Positions 55,617 through 64,000 of a DNA stretch of 64,000 nucleotides are shown here, piece after piece (positions within the stretch are counted from its first letter, which is position 1; every line of letters starts with the position of its first letter). A model generated the notes under the pieces. That model was not told the origin of the DNA, searched no databases, and worked only from the letters and a program-made list of their open reading frames with translations. Position numbers and translations under genes: made by a program. Source of the DNA: a phage; the NCBI GenBank assembly GCA_033286805.1, contig GCA_033286805.1_4727.1. The stretch is one strand, 5' to 3'.

Positions 55617-57356
55617 TTATGCGACTTTACTAATAACGACTGCAGTGATACCAAGATGTAGGTCGACGCCATTCTGTACTTTAATCCAGCGGATATACAG
55701 GTTAGCGTTATCCTGTCCCGTACCACCTGGGACGTTATTGTTCCTATTCCATTGCGAGATTTCGAAACGTTTCTGCACGTTAGGACCAACCATGATTTCA
55801 AAGTGGGTCGGTTCTGGTGCTTTCGATTCCGTTTTCTCAAGATAGAGCGGATGCGTCGGGTAGTAAAGTTGGTTCAACCATTCACCCAGATCTGAGTGTT
55901 TGTTCGTCAAGTCAACATACGCGTTACCAGCAACATCGTAAGTAAACAGCGCTTTCGTGTTACGACCGTACACATCCGTTGTTGTCGGCGTTGTTTGCGA
56001 ACTGAACGTTACTGTCCAGTAATCACCGGATGTTGCCGAACCTGCTTGCAGTAACGTCATTCGAATCGTCTGCGTATGACGTACGCGTTTGTAAACAGTA
56101 GGATCGACTTCATCTAACCAGATGTTGTACGCAAATTCCTGAGGTTGTCCGTATTTCTTCGGATTAAACTCAGGGCTGTTCAGCGCCAATTGTACTTTAT
56201 CGGTTACGTTGTAGTAACGTTCACGGTCGACGTTGTACAACCAGAACACCAGCTCGTACCCCACAGCATCAGATACCCATTGTGGATAGCAGAACAGTTT
56301 AACACTGTAAGCCCCTTTCGCTTCTTTAGAAACGACGGTATAAGGGACACTGATATGTTTCACTGCGCCAGGTAACGCGTAGGATGTGTCCTCATCGTCG
56401 TCCAGGTAGTAGTGTAACGCCAACGGATGTTTGCTGTTGATGACCTGGGACGTGAAGACGTTAAGGCCGTCCAACACAACCTTGTTACCAGTAACCGGCC
56501 AATGTTTAATGGAACCGTCACTGTAGGTGACTTCAGCCTGAAGGTCAACAGAGTCCAGGTTGACATTAATCGGCAGCTCGAGTAGTTTGGTATCGCTGCT
56601 GCTCAGCCATGTTGACTTCAGTCGTACCCCGTCTTCCAGAATATATTTAATACCCTGGTCTGGTGTGCGTACATAGTCGGTGATACGAACGATCATACGT
56701 TTCATGGATAGCGGCTGTGGACCATCGCCATAACCTACTACCATCACCTGCTCAAAATCTTCGACGGGCTTAATGCAGTAACCTTCACGAGGTGCCCAGA
56801 TAGCTTTATTCGTTCCGTCTTTGTAAGCGATAAGCTGACACGGAATGAAATCGCTGATCTTATTCCCGCTGTTGTCATACATCGCACTGATGATTTCGCC
56901 TTTGGCGCTGATATCAGAACCACGGAACACAGCAATACGTCGAATATCTGATCCATGCAAATGGAAACGACGATCGATATTCATTGTAGCAGGGATCGTG
57001 TTCGTATTAATCAATACACGCCATGTATCGTACGACCACGTCGGATCAATACCTTCGAAGGTTGTCGTCCCATCGTCCTGACCATCGAACGGAGCAGAAA
57101 GCTGACCGATAAGTTTAAGGGTACTTAGTTTAGTGCGATCGTCTACGGCGATAACACGGTATACTGCGTTGGTATCCCAGTCTTCAACTTTATCGTCCAC
57201 GTTGGGAACGTAAAGTTTCCAGTCTTCTTCAACGCCATTATAGATCTCTTTATACGCATAGGTGGTATAGCGTCTGTCGAGATCCTGAATAGCGAGTTTA
57301 TCCGGATGCTGTTGTGCATAAAGCACCGGATTGGTAATCTCTCTTCCCATTATCAC
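55617..57356 (-). CDS. hypothetical protein (579 aa), possibly virion-associated
   Basis: Long ORF directly upstream of terminase; Thr/Ser/Asp-rich. Confidence 0.55.
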   Translation of the reverse strand: MIMGREITNPVLYAQQHPDKLAIQDLDRRYTTYAYKEIYNGVEEDWKLYVPNVDDKVEDWDTNAVYRVIAVDDRTKLSTLKLIGQLSAPFDGQDDGTTTFEGIDPTWSYDTWRVLINTNTIPATMNIDRRFHLHGSDIRRIAVFRGSDISAKGEIISAMYDNSGNKISDFIPCQLIAYKDGTNKAIWAPREGYCIKPVEDFEQVMVVGYGDGPQPLSMKRMIVRITDYVRTPDQGIKYILEDGVRLKSTWLSSSDTKLLELPINVNLDSVDLQAEVTYSDGSIKHWPVTGNKVVLDGLNVFTSQVINSKHPLALHYYLDDDEDTSYALPGAVKHISVPYTVVSKEAKGAYSVKLFCYPQWVSDAVGYELVFWLYNVDRERYYNVTDKVQLALNSPEFNPKKYGQPQEFAYNIWLDEVDPTVYKRVRHTQTIRMTLLQAGSATSGDYWTVTFSSQTTPTTTDVYGRNTKALFTYDVAGNAYVDLTNKHSDLGEWLNQLYYPTHPLYLEKTESKAPEPTHFEIMVGPNVQKRFEISQWNRNNNVPGGTGQDNANLYIRWIKVQNGVDLHLGITAVVISKVA

Positions 57357-59947
57357 TCACCTTTGATTGTGTAAAACTTCGTGAAGTCCACGCGATCTTT
57401 CAAGAACTCACGACTGACACGTTCTAAGAACCGCAGTTGTTTAACCGTAACTTCAAGCGGCGTCCAACTGTCATGTGGATGAATAGAGACCATCCGCCAA
57501 TCGTACTTACGTAACGCAGGATCGTAGTCATAGAACCATTTATACGGCTCCATGAAATCCATCAGTTTAACGTCCTGCATATCAGGATCGGGATCGATAA
57601 CACCATTGATAAGATCGTACGTTACCGCCATCAACGTTGGGCTGATAAGCTGGTATTTGTTTTCAATCGTTACCGGCGTATCGTACTTCACACGAGGGAA
57701 ATACAAGGACATATAGTCTTCAACGCGTTTATCGGTTTCAAGACTTTTGTCGCGTAGATAATACGTGTCTGTGTTCACGAGACCACGGATAGGGGCAATA
57801 ACGTGGTAAATCGCATAAGGTACCCCATCGTTGACTTTGATGTCGGCAGGGTATTGCGTGTCCTCAGCTGTAACCACTTCGCTACGATCGTAAATGCGTC
57901 CACCAACCACAATACGAACAACATGGTCGTCACGAACATTGAACACATCGTCGTAAGAAAGCTGATTATGCATCGTCCAACCGGTATCGTAAACGTCTTC
58001 GCCGGTTAAGTCCGTGCGTGGAAAACCGGTGCATCTCACGGTAACCGTGTGCGTGTTCCCTTCACTGAAATACCGTTTCGCGTTGATTACGATCGTTGGC
58101 CATTTTACGATATAATCGATATCGCGTACCAAGCTGTAGCTTTTGGTTGCTCGCTCGTCACCTAACCATACTTCGATTTGACCAGGTTCGAAAGGCAGCG
58201 GATATTCAACATCAATACCCGTCGTAACATCCAACCATACGGTGTGATTACGATGCTGTATCGTGGTCTTATACGCTAAGAAGTAGGTGTCGAACAATAC
58301 TAAACCGGTTTGCTTTCTTCCATCCAACGACCATTTTATTACCCCGTTCTCTTCCGTTACCACAGAAGCATCGTCGGTAACGTCCTTCCATGTGTTCGCA
58401 ACAGGTTGTCCGTTACGAAGGTTTACGCTATAACAGCGGTAACTCGCCCATTCACGGATTGGGACGTCAGCAACACCCATTACGTAATCAAGCGTTCTCC
58501 CACCAACACCCGATCGACCCTCAACATAGGACGTGGTTTCATATTGCGGATAAAAATGTCGGCCTGCCGGATGTTGCGTGATACCCAATAATAGACCGTC
58601 ACTGTCGTACTCAAAGAACGTCGCATTTGCACGCAAACCCCATGGTACTTCAGCGGTAGGGGTACCCATATCGTCAGTAACGCGTTGTGGACTATCTGCA
58701 ACCAGTTTTGCCATCGCGTTATACCCGTAAGCGGAGGTCACCATGTCGATCGTGATATTGCTTTCCTTATTACGCATGACGCGTGTATAATCACTGGCTT
58801 CAAGCGTGCGTGCAAAGAACTCGGGTATATTCGCGTTCTGTTCTAACATCGCACCGACGATGACGTCGTCTGGAAGTTTATACAATTCGTGGATGCGGTT
58901 ATGTTCAAAGGTTAACTGCGTTTTCAAACCGCTATCACGGACAACCACTTCCAGGGTTAAATCACGAAGCGATTCTGCACCATCAACTCGTTCGACGAAG
59001 TAACTGACATAATCAACAGGAATCCCGTAATCACGATGCGTGAGCATGCGGATACTATTTTCCTGGTTGGTATGGTAATAACGTCCTTTTCCGTTAGGCC
59101 CTTTCACGTAGATATCAACGTCATCACGATACCGGATCTTGGTATCCACTTCATCTTTCGGTGGATGAATAAGATACTTCACTTTTTTGTCCAGATCGCT
59201 GTTGTACGTTTTAAGATCTTCTACACGGAAGCTGTACCGATGAACAACGGTACCGTCATAGACGACCTGAATGCTATCACCGATCTTAAAACTTGACGGT
59301 GGGATGTCTTCAACCGCTTCACCATTGATACTGCAGTGCGTCCAGCCGATACCGGTTTCCTGGATCTTTTTACGCCAGGCGTATAGCTGACGCTGCCACT
59401 GTAGAACCTGTGTCGAGCTGGTTACAATCCCCCCAAGGACATGCACTTCACGCCCCGTCGGTTTCGTATATGCCGGATAGCCTTCTGCGAAGTCAGCGTT
59501 GAGATAAGTTCGCCAGTAATAATCACCAACGCCAAGATCGGCGATATTCGGTTGGTCGAGCACACAGACCAGCATCGTTTCGTTTTCCAGATTACCCGTC
59601 CACGTTAATGTCAACGGGAATTCTTTACCGTCCTCGGTATAGATGTTGTAATACGATCCCTTCACCTCACAGAACTTGCTGAGTTCTCGCCACCATAACC
59701 GCCCAGCCCCGACATTAAAATCCTCCCCCATATGTCGTCCAATAACAAACACATGGAACGTATTGGTATCATCAGGAAGATTGAAGGTTCGATGCCAAGC
59801 GGTAAAATTTTTTACAGCGCCGGTTTTTCCGGTGATACGACGCATCTTGATACGATGCTGGTTGTCCATTAATGGACGGCAGTTCACATTCAGCGCAGCA
59901 TGATTTATCAAGTATTGCGCTGTAGGATTAGAAGCGTTCAACACCAC
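57353..59947 (-). CDS. hypothetical protein (864 aa), possibly virion-associated
   Basis: Long ORF, 4-nt overlap with downstream gene. Confidence 0.55.
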   Translation of the reverse strand: MVLNASNPTAQYLINHAALNVNCRPLMDNQHRIKMRRITGKTGAVKNFTAWHRTFNLPDDTNTFHVFVIGRHMGEDFNVGAGRLWWRELSKFCEVKGSYYNIYTEDGKEFPLTLTWTGNLENETMLVCVLDQPNIADLGVGDYYWRTYLNADFAEGYPAYTKPTGREVHVLGGIVTSSTQVLQWQRQLYAWRKKIQETGIGWTHCSINGEAVEDIPPSSFKIGDSIQVVYDGTVVHRYSFRVEDLKTYNSDLDKKVKYLIHPPKDEVDTKIRYRDDVDIYVKGPNGKGRYYHTNQENSIRMLTHRDYGIPVDYVSYFVERVDGAESLRDLTLEVVVRDSGLKTQLTFEHNRIHELYKLPDDVIVGAMLEQNANIPEFFARTLEASDYTRVMRNKESNITIDMVTSAYGYNAMAKLVADSPQRVTDDMGTPTAEVPWGLRANATFFEYDSDGLLLGITQHPAGRHFYPQYETTSYVEGRSGVGGRTLDYVMGVADVPIREWASYRCYSVNLRNGQPVANTWKDVTDDASVVTEENGVIKWSLDGRKQTGLVLFDTYFLAYKTTIQHRNHTVWLDVTTGIDVEYPLPFEPGQIEVWLGDERATKSYSLVRDIDYIVKWPTIVINAKRYFSEGNTHTVTVRCTGFPRTDLTGEDVYDTGWTMHNQLSYDDVFNVRDDHVVRIVVGGRIYDRSEVVTAEDTQYPADIKVNDGVPYAIYHVIAPIRGLVNTDTYYLRDKSLETDKRVEDYMSLYFPRVKYDTPVTIENKYQLISPTLMAVTYDLINGVIDPDPDMQDVKLMDFMEPYKWFYDYDPALRKYDWRMVSIHPHDSWTPLEVTVKQLRFLERVSREFLKDRVDFTKFYTIKGE

Positions 59948-60875
59948 GGCATGCCTCCAGGAGGTATTTCATGTTGGCTTGGAAATCATTGACGTCACGC
60001 GCCATACGACGCTGATCCGCCATGAGACGAGCCAACACGGTATCACGGTAACCACGATCGTGGTCAGCAGCAGAGCATAAAAGAATAAATGTTGGTGGAT
60101 GCTCTAAAGCAATCCCGGCAACTTCTTTACTATAACCCCCAACCCAACTGTAAGCGGTGATTTCAAACAACAACGCCTGGGTTAACGTGTTCAAACGGGG
60201 ACTAATATTACTTTCTTTTAGTGCGGTTACAAAAGCTGCCATGTTAGGGATATAACCCAGGTTTTCGGTTACGATACCGATGCTCGCAAAATCGTAACGA
60301 AGCGTTGTCTGGATGGTGCGCACCATAGTTAGTCTTTCATTATTTGTAAGGCTATCTTTAAACAAGCAAAGATAATACCATGCTGTTATGATGGCAACAT
60401 CACGACGTTGTTGAAGGTCCAGACCTAAACGCTGTGTGATTTGTCCGCTAATCCAATCACAAAAGACACGCATCGGGATAGGGCCAAGACGTTCAAAAGG
60501 ACGTGTGCCCAAGGATTCCCATCCTACCTGAAGATACGCACGTGATTGAAGAAAGTTATATTCACGTTCGTTAACAACGGTAGTACGCGATCCTGGGCGT
60601 GAAGTATCTGTTGGGGTGCGCGCGTAAGCGCGTTGGTCGATAACAACGCGCTGTCCGTCCATCACTGTTTTAATGACCAACGGATGGCCGAAAGAAGGGA
60701 TATCGTCCAACGTATTTTTGTTGCCGATGACTTCGAGAACGGGAGTGTTTACGCCACTTTCTTCACCGGGTGCACTTAACAATCCGCCGACGTAAGCAAC
60801 TTCGATAGCGGTTCGGATACGGTCAATGCCTTTTAGTTTTGTTCCAACAGTTGTGTCGTAAGGAGAGATGAACAT
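59928..60875 (-). CDS. hypothetical protein (315 aa)
   Basis: ORF; divergent from 61019 plus gene. Confidence 0.55.
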   Translation of the reverse strand: MFISPYDTTVGTKLKGIDRIRTAIEVAYVGGLLSAPGEESGVNTPVLEVIGNKNTLDDIPSFGHPLVIKTVMDGQRVVIDQRAYARTPTDTSRPGSRTTVVNEREYNFLQSRAYLQVGWESLGTRPFERLGPIPMRVFCDWISGQITQRLGLDLQQRRDVAIITAWYYLCLFKDSLTNNERLTMVRTIQTTLRYDFASIGIVTENLGYIPNMAAFVTALKESNISPRLNTLTQALLFEITAYSWVGGYSKEVAGIALEHPPTFILLCSAADHDRGYRDTVLARLMADQRRMARDVNDFQANMKYLLEACRGVERF

Positions 60876-60930
60876 ATGTAATTCCTTTATTACGGCATAT
60901 AAGAAAACGGGTTAAGCACACAGATTTACG

Positions 60931-60950
60931 CATAATTGTAATATTTTACG
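60931..60950 (-). promoter_or_regulatory. degenerate variant of the early-promoter-like motif
   Basis: cataattgtaatattttacg; about 75 nt upstream of gene 59928..60875. Confidence 0.2.
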
Positions 60951-61018
60951 TTATGCCTATGACATTGTGTCACGTGTGCAATTATGTCATACAATTTCCT
61001 TAAATTAAGGAGAGTTCC

Positions 61019-63091
61019 ATGAGGCTTAAGAATAGCACGCCTCGCGCGATTTTTACGGGCTTTAAAGAGGGTCTTACCACGGATCCGGTTACAGCCCCTG
61101 AGATCACGCCCATTCACCTCCCGTATGTATTCATTCAGGGCGGTCGTGGTAAAGAGGACACCTTGCTGTTAACAGGGGACGCCCTGTCTACAGTCTACGG
61201 TGAAGATACGCTGAACTACCGCAGTAAGTACGCTTCTCCAGCAACACTGATTGCTCGCCAGGCGGCTTCTACAGGTAGCGCGATCTTCACAAAACGTTTG
61301 GTTGCGCCGGATGCAACGGCAGCACGCATCCGTATCGGTGTTGAAGTGGTCGCCGATAAACTGGTCGTTTACCAGCGTAACGCTGACGGGTCCTTTATGA
61401 AGGACACGCTCGGCAACAAAATCCCTGACGGCGATAAAACCGTTGATGGGTTGAAAATGCGTTGGGTTGTTAACCACGACAAAGATGCCGAAACACCTAA
61501 TGCTTTCGGTAAAGATGAAGTGGTTCTCGGACAACTGACTGCAACGGATGGTGCCCAGAGCAACTACTATCCTATTCTGGATGGATTGGTGAGCTGGCGT
61601 GGTGCTGAAGGGGACAACATCGGCTTACGTCTGGAAGCACCGACCGCGCTGAGCAGTAACCCTACCCGTACCGATATCATCGAACGTATCGGTGCTTTCC
61701 TGTACCGCATTCAGTTCGTGGAACGTAAGTCTTCACGTACTGCGCCGACGGTCATTCGTACGATCAGCGGTATGGAACAAGAAACCTTCGCGTTGCAGGA
61801 AGGTGTTATCCAGCCTGATGACGAAACCGATCTGTCCTTCGGTAAAGTGGTGGTTGATGCCTACGAGTATAATGAGACGGGTAATACCCCGATCTTTGCT
61901 CCGATGGATCAGATGCATCTTTATCAGAAGAACATCGACGAAATCGTCAAGAAGCTGTACGAATCTGAAAGCAAAGTTAACAACGATCTGTTAACCGACG
62001 TCGAATTCGTCGAAGGTCAGATGAACATCTTCACCGGTGTCGATTACAACGGCATTCCGTATCAAACCATCGAAGTTCTCGATGCGGATCAGGGTGGTGC
62101 TATCTTCGACGGTACCAGCACCTTCTACGCAATTGATGGTAGCGACGGTGACGTCGACTGGGATACCTTCGATGCGTTAGCGAAACAGCAGTTCGAATCG
62201 TTCGGCAAAATGGGTGAAGATCTGGAAGACATGGCTTTCTATCCGTTCTCCATCGTGTATGACATTGGTTACAAAGTCGACACGAAGAAAGCGATGGCAA
62301 ACGTCTTGTCTCTGCGTCCGGATGTCATGATCATTGCGTCAACCCATACCTGGAAGGGTGTGGAACTGAATGTCGATGAAGAAAGCTCCATGGGCGCGAT
62401 GCTGCGTAACTACTACCGTCTGCATCCAGAAAGCGTGCTTTACAATACCCCAGCTTGCCGTGCTGCTGTATTCATGCAATACGGTGAAAGCATCGAAGCG
62501 CCAAGCCTGGGTAAAGTTCCGTTGACGCTGGAAGTTGCGAATAAACTTGCAACTTACATGGGTGCTTCGGATGGTGTTATCCGTGGTACTCGCATCGATA
62601 ACAACCCTGGTAACGTTGTCACAACGATGCGTAAAATCAACAAGACGTATCGTAACGCAACGGTCCGTGATCGTGATTGGGAAAACGGCTTGAACTATGT
62701 TCAGACCTACAACCGTAATTCCAACTTCTTCCCGGCTTGGGGCACGATCTACAATAACGACCGTTCGGTATGGCGTTCGTTGATCAACGTGATCATCGGT
62801 TGCGATCTGACTCGTGTCTGCTATCGTCTCTGGGCAGAAACCACCGGTACTACAGGAATGGATGAAACGCTGTTCCTGAAACTGATGGGCGAACGCTTCC
62901 TGGAATACACCACGGGTCGTTACAACGACCACGTGACTGTTAAGGGACGTTTCTACCTGGATAAAGAAGACGGTTACAACGGCTTCAGCTATCACGGCGA
63001 TATCAGCCTGATCGGCGATCCAGGCATGACCGTGGGTACGTTTACCATCACCGGGCTGCGTCGTAACACCGAAGCAGCAGAAGCGGCGTAA
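61019..63091 (+). CDS. candidate tail sheath protein (690 aa)
   Basis: Strong SD TAAGGAGAG; high-expression codon bias; followed 15 nt later by a ~300-aa gene (sheath-then-tube order); size is in the myovirus sheath range; no alignment done. Confidence 0.4.
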   Translation: MRLKNSTPRAIFTGFKEGLTTDPVTAPEITPIHLPYVFIQGGRGKEDTLLLTGDALSTVYGEDTLNYRSKYASPATLIARQAASTGSAIFTKRLVAPDATAARIRIGVEVVADKLVVYQRNADGSFMKDTLGNKIPDGDKTVDGLKMRWVVNHDKDAETPNAFGKDEVVLGQLTATDGAQSNYYPILDGLVSWRGAEGDNIGLRLEAPTALSSNPTRTDIIERIGAFLYRIQFVERKSSRTAPTVIRTISGMEQETFALQEGVIQPDDETDLSFGKVVVDAYEYNETGNTPIFAPMDQMHLYQKNIDEIVKKLYESESKVNNDLLTDVEFVEGQMNIFTGVDYNGIPYQTIEVLDADQGGAIFDGTSTFYAIDGSDGDVDWDTFDALAKQQFESFGKMGEDLEDMAFYPFSIVYDIGYKVDTKKAMANVLSLRPDVMIIASTHTWKGVELNVDEESSMGAMLRNYYRLHPESVLYNTPACRAAVFMQYGESIEAPSLGKVPLTLEVANKLATYMGASDGVIRGTRIDNNPGNVVTTMRKINKTYRNATVRDRDWENGLNYVQTYNRNSNFFPAWGTIYNNDRSVWRSLINVIIGCDLTRVCYRLWAETTGTTGMDETLFLKLMGERFLEYTTGRYNDHVTVKGRFYLDKEDGYNGFSYHGDISLIGDPGMTVGTFTITGLRRNTEAAEAA

Positions 63092-63106
63092 TGAGAGGAG
63101 TCCATA

Positions 63107-63997
63107 ATGCGTCCTGATAATACCCTACTCGGTGAACAGGGTGTTGGTGCTCTTAGCAACGCGGCTATGGTCGATATTCGTGCAGGTGCCCAAAACGGGT
63201 ACATCAGCAATATCGGTACGTACGTTGCTAACGCCAACTACATTCCGAACCAAATGTTCTGTCTCCTGCTGGAGGCACCACGTGGTTTCAACTATCTGCC
63301 TAACCCGGATGTACAGATTGGTTATCTGAAGGCGCTGGTAGAAGAAGTTGCGCATTCGATTACCGGTCTGCAACGTGGACTGGAAGTTGAATTCGTTAGC
63401 GTCCCGGTTTCTGGTTCCGGTGAAATCCAGGAAGAAGTCTCTGACGTTAAACGTCCTCGCTCTAACCCGACTTTCGGGATCTATGAGAAAGAAGGTCGTT
63501 CCGTTAGTTACTTCCTGGAACAATGGATCACGTATCTGTTGATGGATCCGGACGCCAAATATCCGATGTTGTCGTCTATCGTATCCACCGGTGGTCCAAC
63601 CGACCTGCTGGCGGATTATCGTAGCGCAACAATGCTGTTCGTTGAGCCAGACCGTCAACACAAGAAAGTGGTTAACGCCTGGCTGTGCACGAACATGATG
63701 CCTCACGGTACCGGTGACTGGACATCACGTCGTAACAAGAACGATGCGCCAAACGTGGTAGAATTGAGCATTCAGTTCACTGCGTTAACACAGACCAACT
63801 ACGGTGTGCGTGCTTTTGCACAACGTCTGCTGGATAAGATGAACCTGCTCAAAGTGAACCCGGATTTCCGTCCGGCTTATCTGAGCGACATCGATCCGGC
63901 TGTGGCAGCGCAGAAGGTTGGCTATACCTTCGACTTTGATAACAACGATACCTTTGAGGTACCGAATACTTATCAAAACGTAACACCTCGCGTGTAA
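63107..63997 (+). CDS. candidate tail tube protein (296 aa)
   Basis: GAGAGGAG SD; strong codon bias; position immediately after the candidate sheath gene. Confidence 0.35.
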   Translation: MRPDNTLLGEQGVGALSNAAMVDIRAGAQNGYISNIGTYVANANYIPNQMFCLLLEAPRGFNYLPNPDVQIGYLKALVEEVAHSITGLQRGLEVEFVSVPVSGSGEIQEEVSDVKRPRSNPTFGIYEKEGRSVSYFLEQWITYLLMDPDAKYPMLSSIVSTGGPTDLLADYRSATMLFVEPDRQHKKVVNAWLCTNMMPHGTGDWTSRRNKNDAPNVVELSIQFTALTQTNYGVRAFAQRLLDKMNLLKVNPDFRPAYLSDIDPAVAAQKVGYTFDFDNNDTFEVPNTYQNVTPRV

Positions 63998-64000
63998 CGT

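Noticed and set aside
60965-60995. Sigma70-type promoter (TTGTGT...17 nt...TACAAT) upstream of the candidate sheath gene
   Set aside because: Hexamers are only partial matches, and phages of this type are thought to transcribe with their own polymerases; not enough to annotate.
1-64000. CRISPR arrays, tRNA/rRNA genes, integrase, transposase or attachment-site repeats
   Set aside because: No short regularly spaced direct repeats, no convincing tRNA cloverleaf or T-arm signatures, and no recombinase or transposase motifs were seen in any frame; the only mobile-type element is the intein.

Overview
This 64-kb window reads as one contiguous piece of a large (jumbo) tailed-phage genome of the nucleus-forming, phiKZ-like type, with E. 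coli-like codon usage. I call about 68 protein-coding genes, roughly 90% on the minus strand, tightly packed with many ATGA/TAATG stop-start overlaps. I found no rRNA, tRNA, CRISPR array or transposase. Recognisable genes: a PhuZ-type tubulin; a 631-aa candidate chimallin (phage-nucleus shell) 11 genes away from it; three fragments of a split multisubunit RNA polymerase (beta' N-terminal, beta' C-terminal, beta C-terminal); a terminase large subunit; an SF2 helicase whose P-loop is interrupted by a 352-aa intein carrying a LAGLIDADG endonuclease; an SNF2-family helicase; an Mre11/SbcD-like nuclease; an HD hydrolase; a small metallophosphoesterase; a PKD + DUF285-repeat protein; and a candidate tail sheath/tube pair. 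Non-coding signals: an early-promoter-like motif in four strong copies, a family of GC-rich hairpin terminators sharing a conserved tail, and a tandem pair of diverged ~370-nt structured elements with compensatory stem changes in the only sizeable gene-free gap. The most interesting items are those tandem elements, the intein, and the nucleus module. All functional calls rest on motifs read directly from the translations plus recalled family knowledge; no database search or alignment was run. ORF-track starts can be TTG/GTG and are often over-extended, so several starts were moved to an internal ATG with a Shine-Dalgarno.
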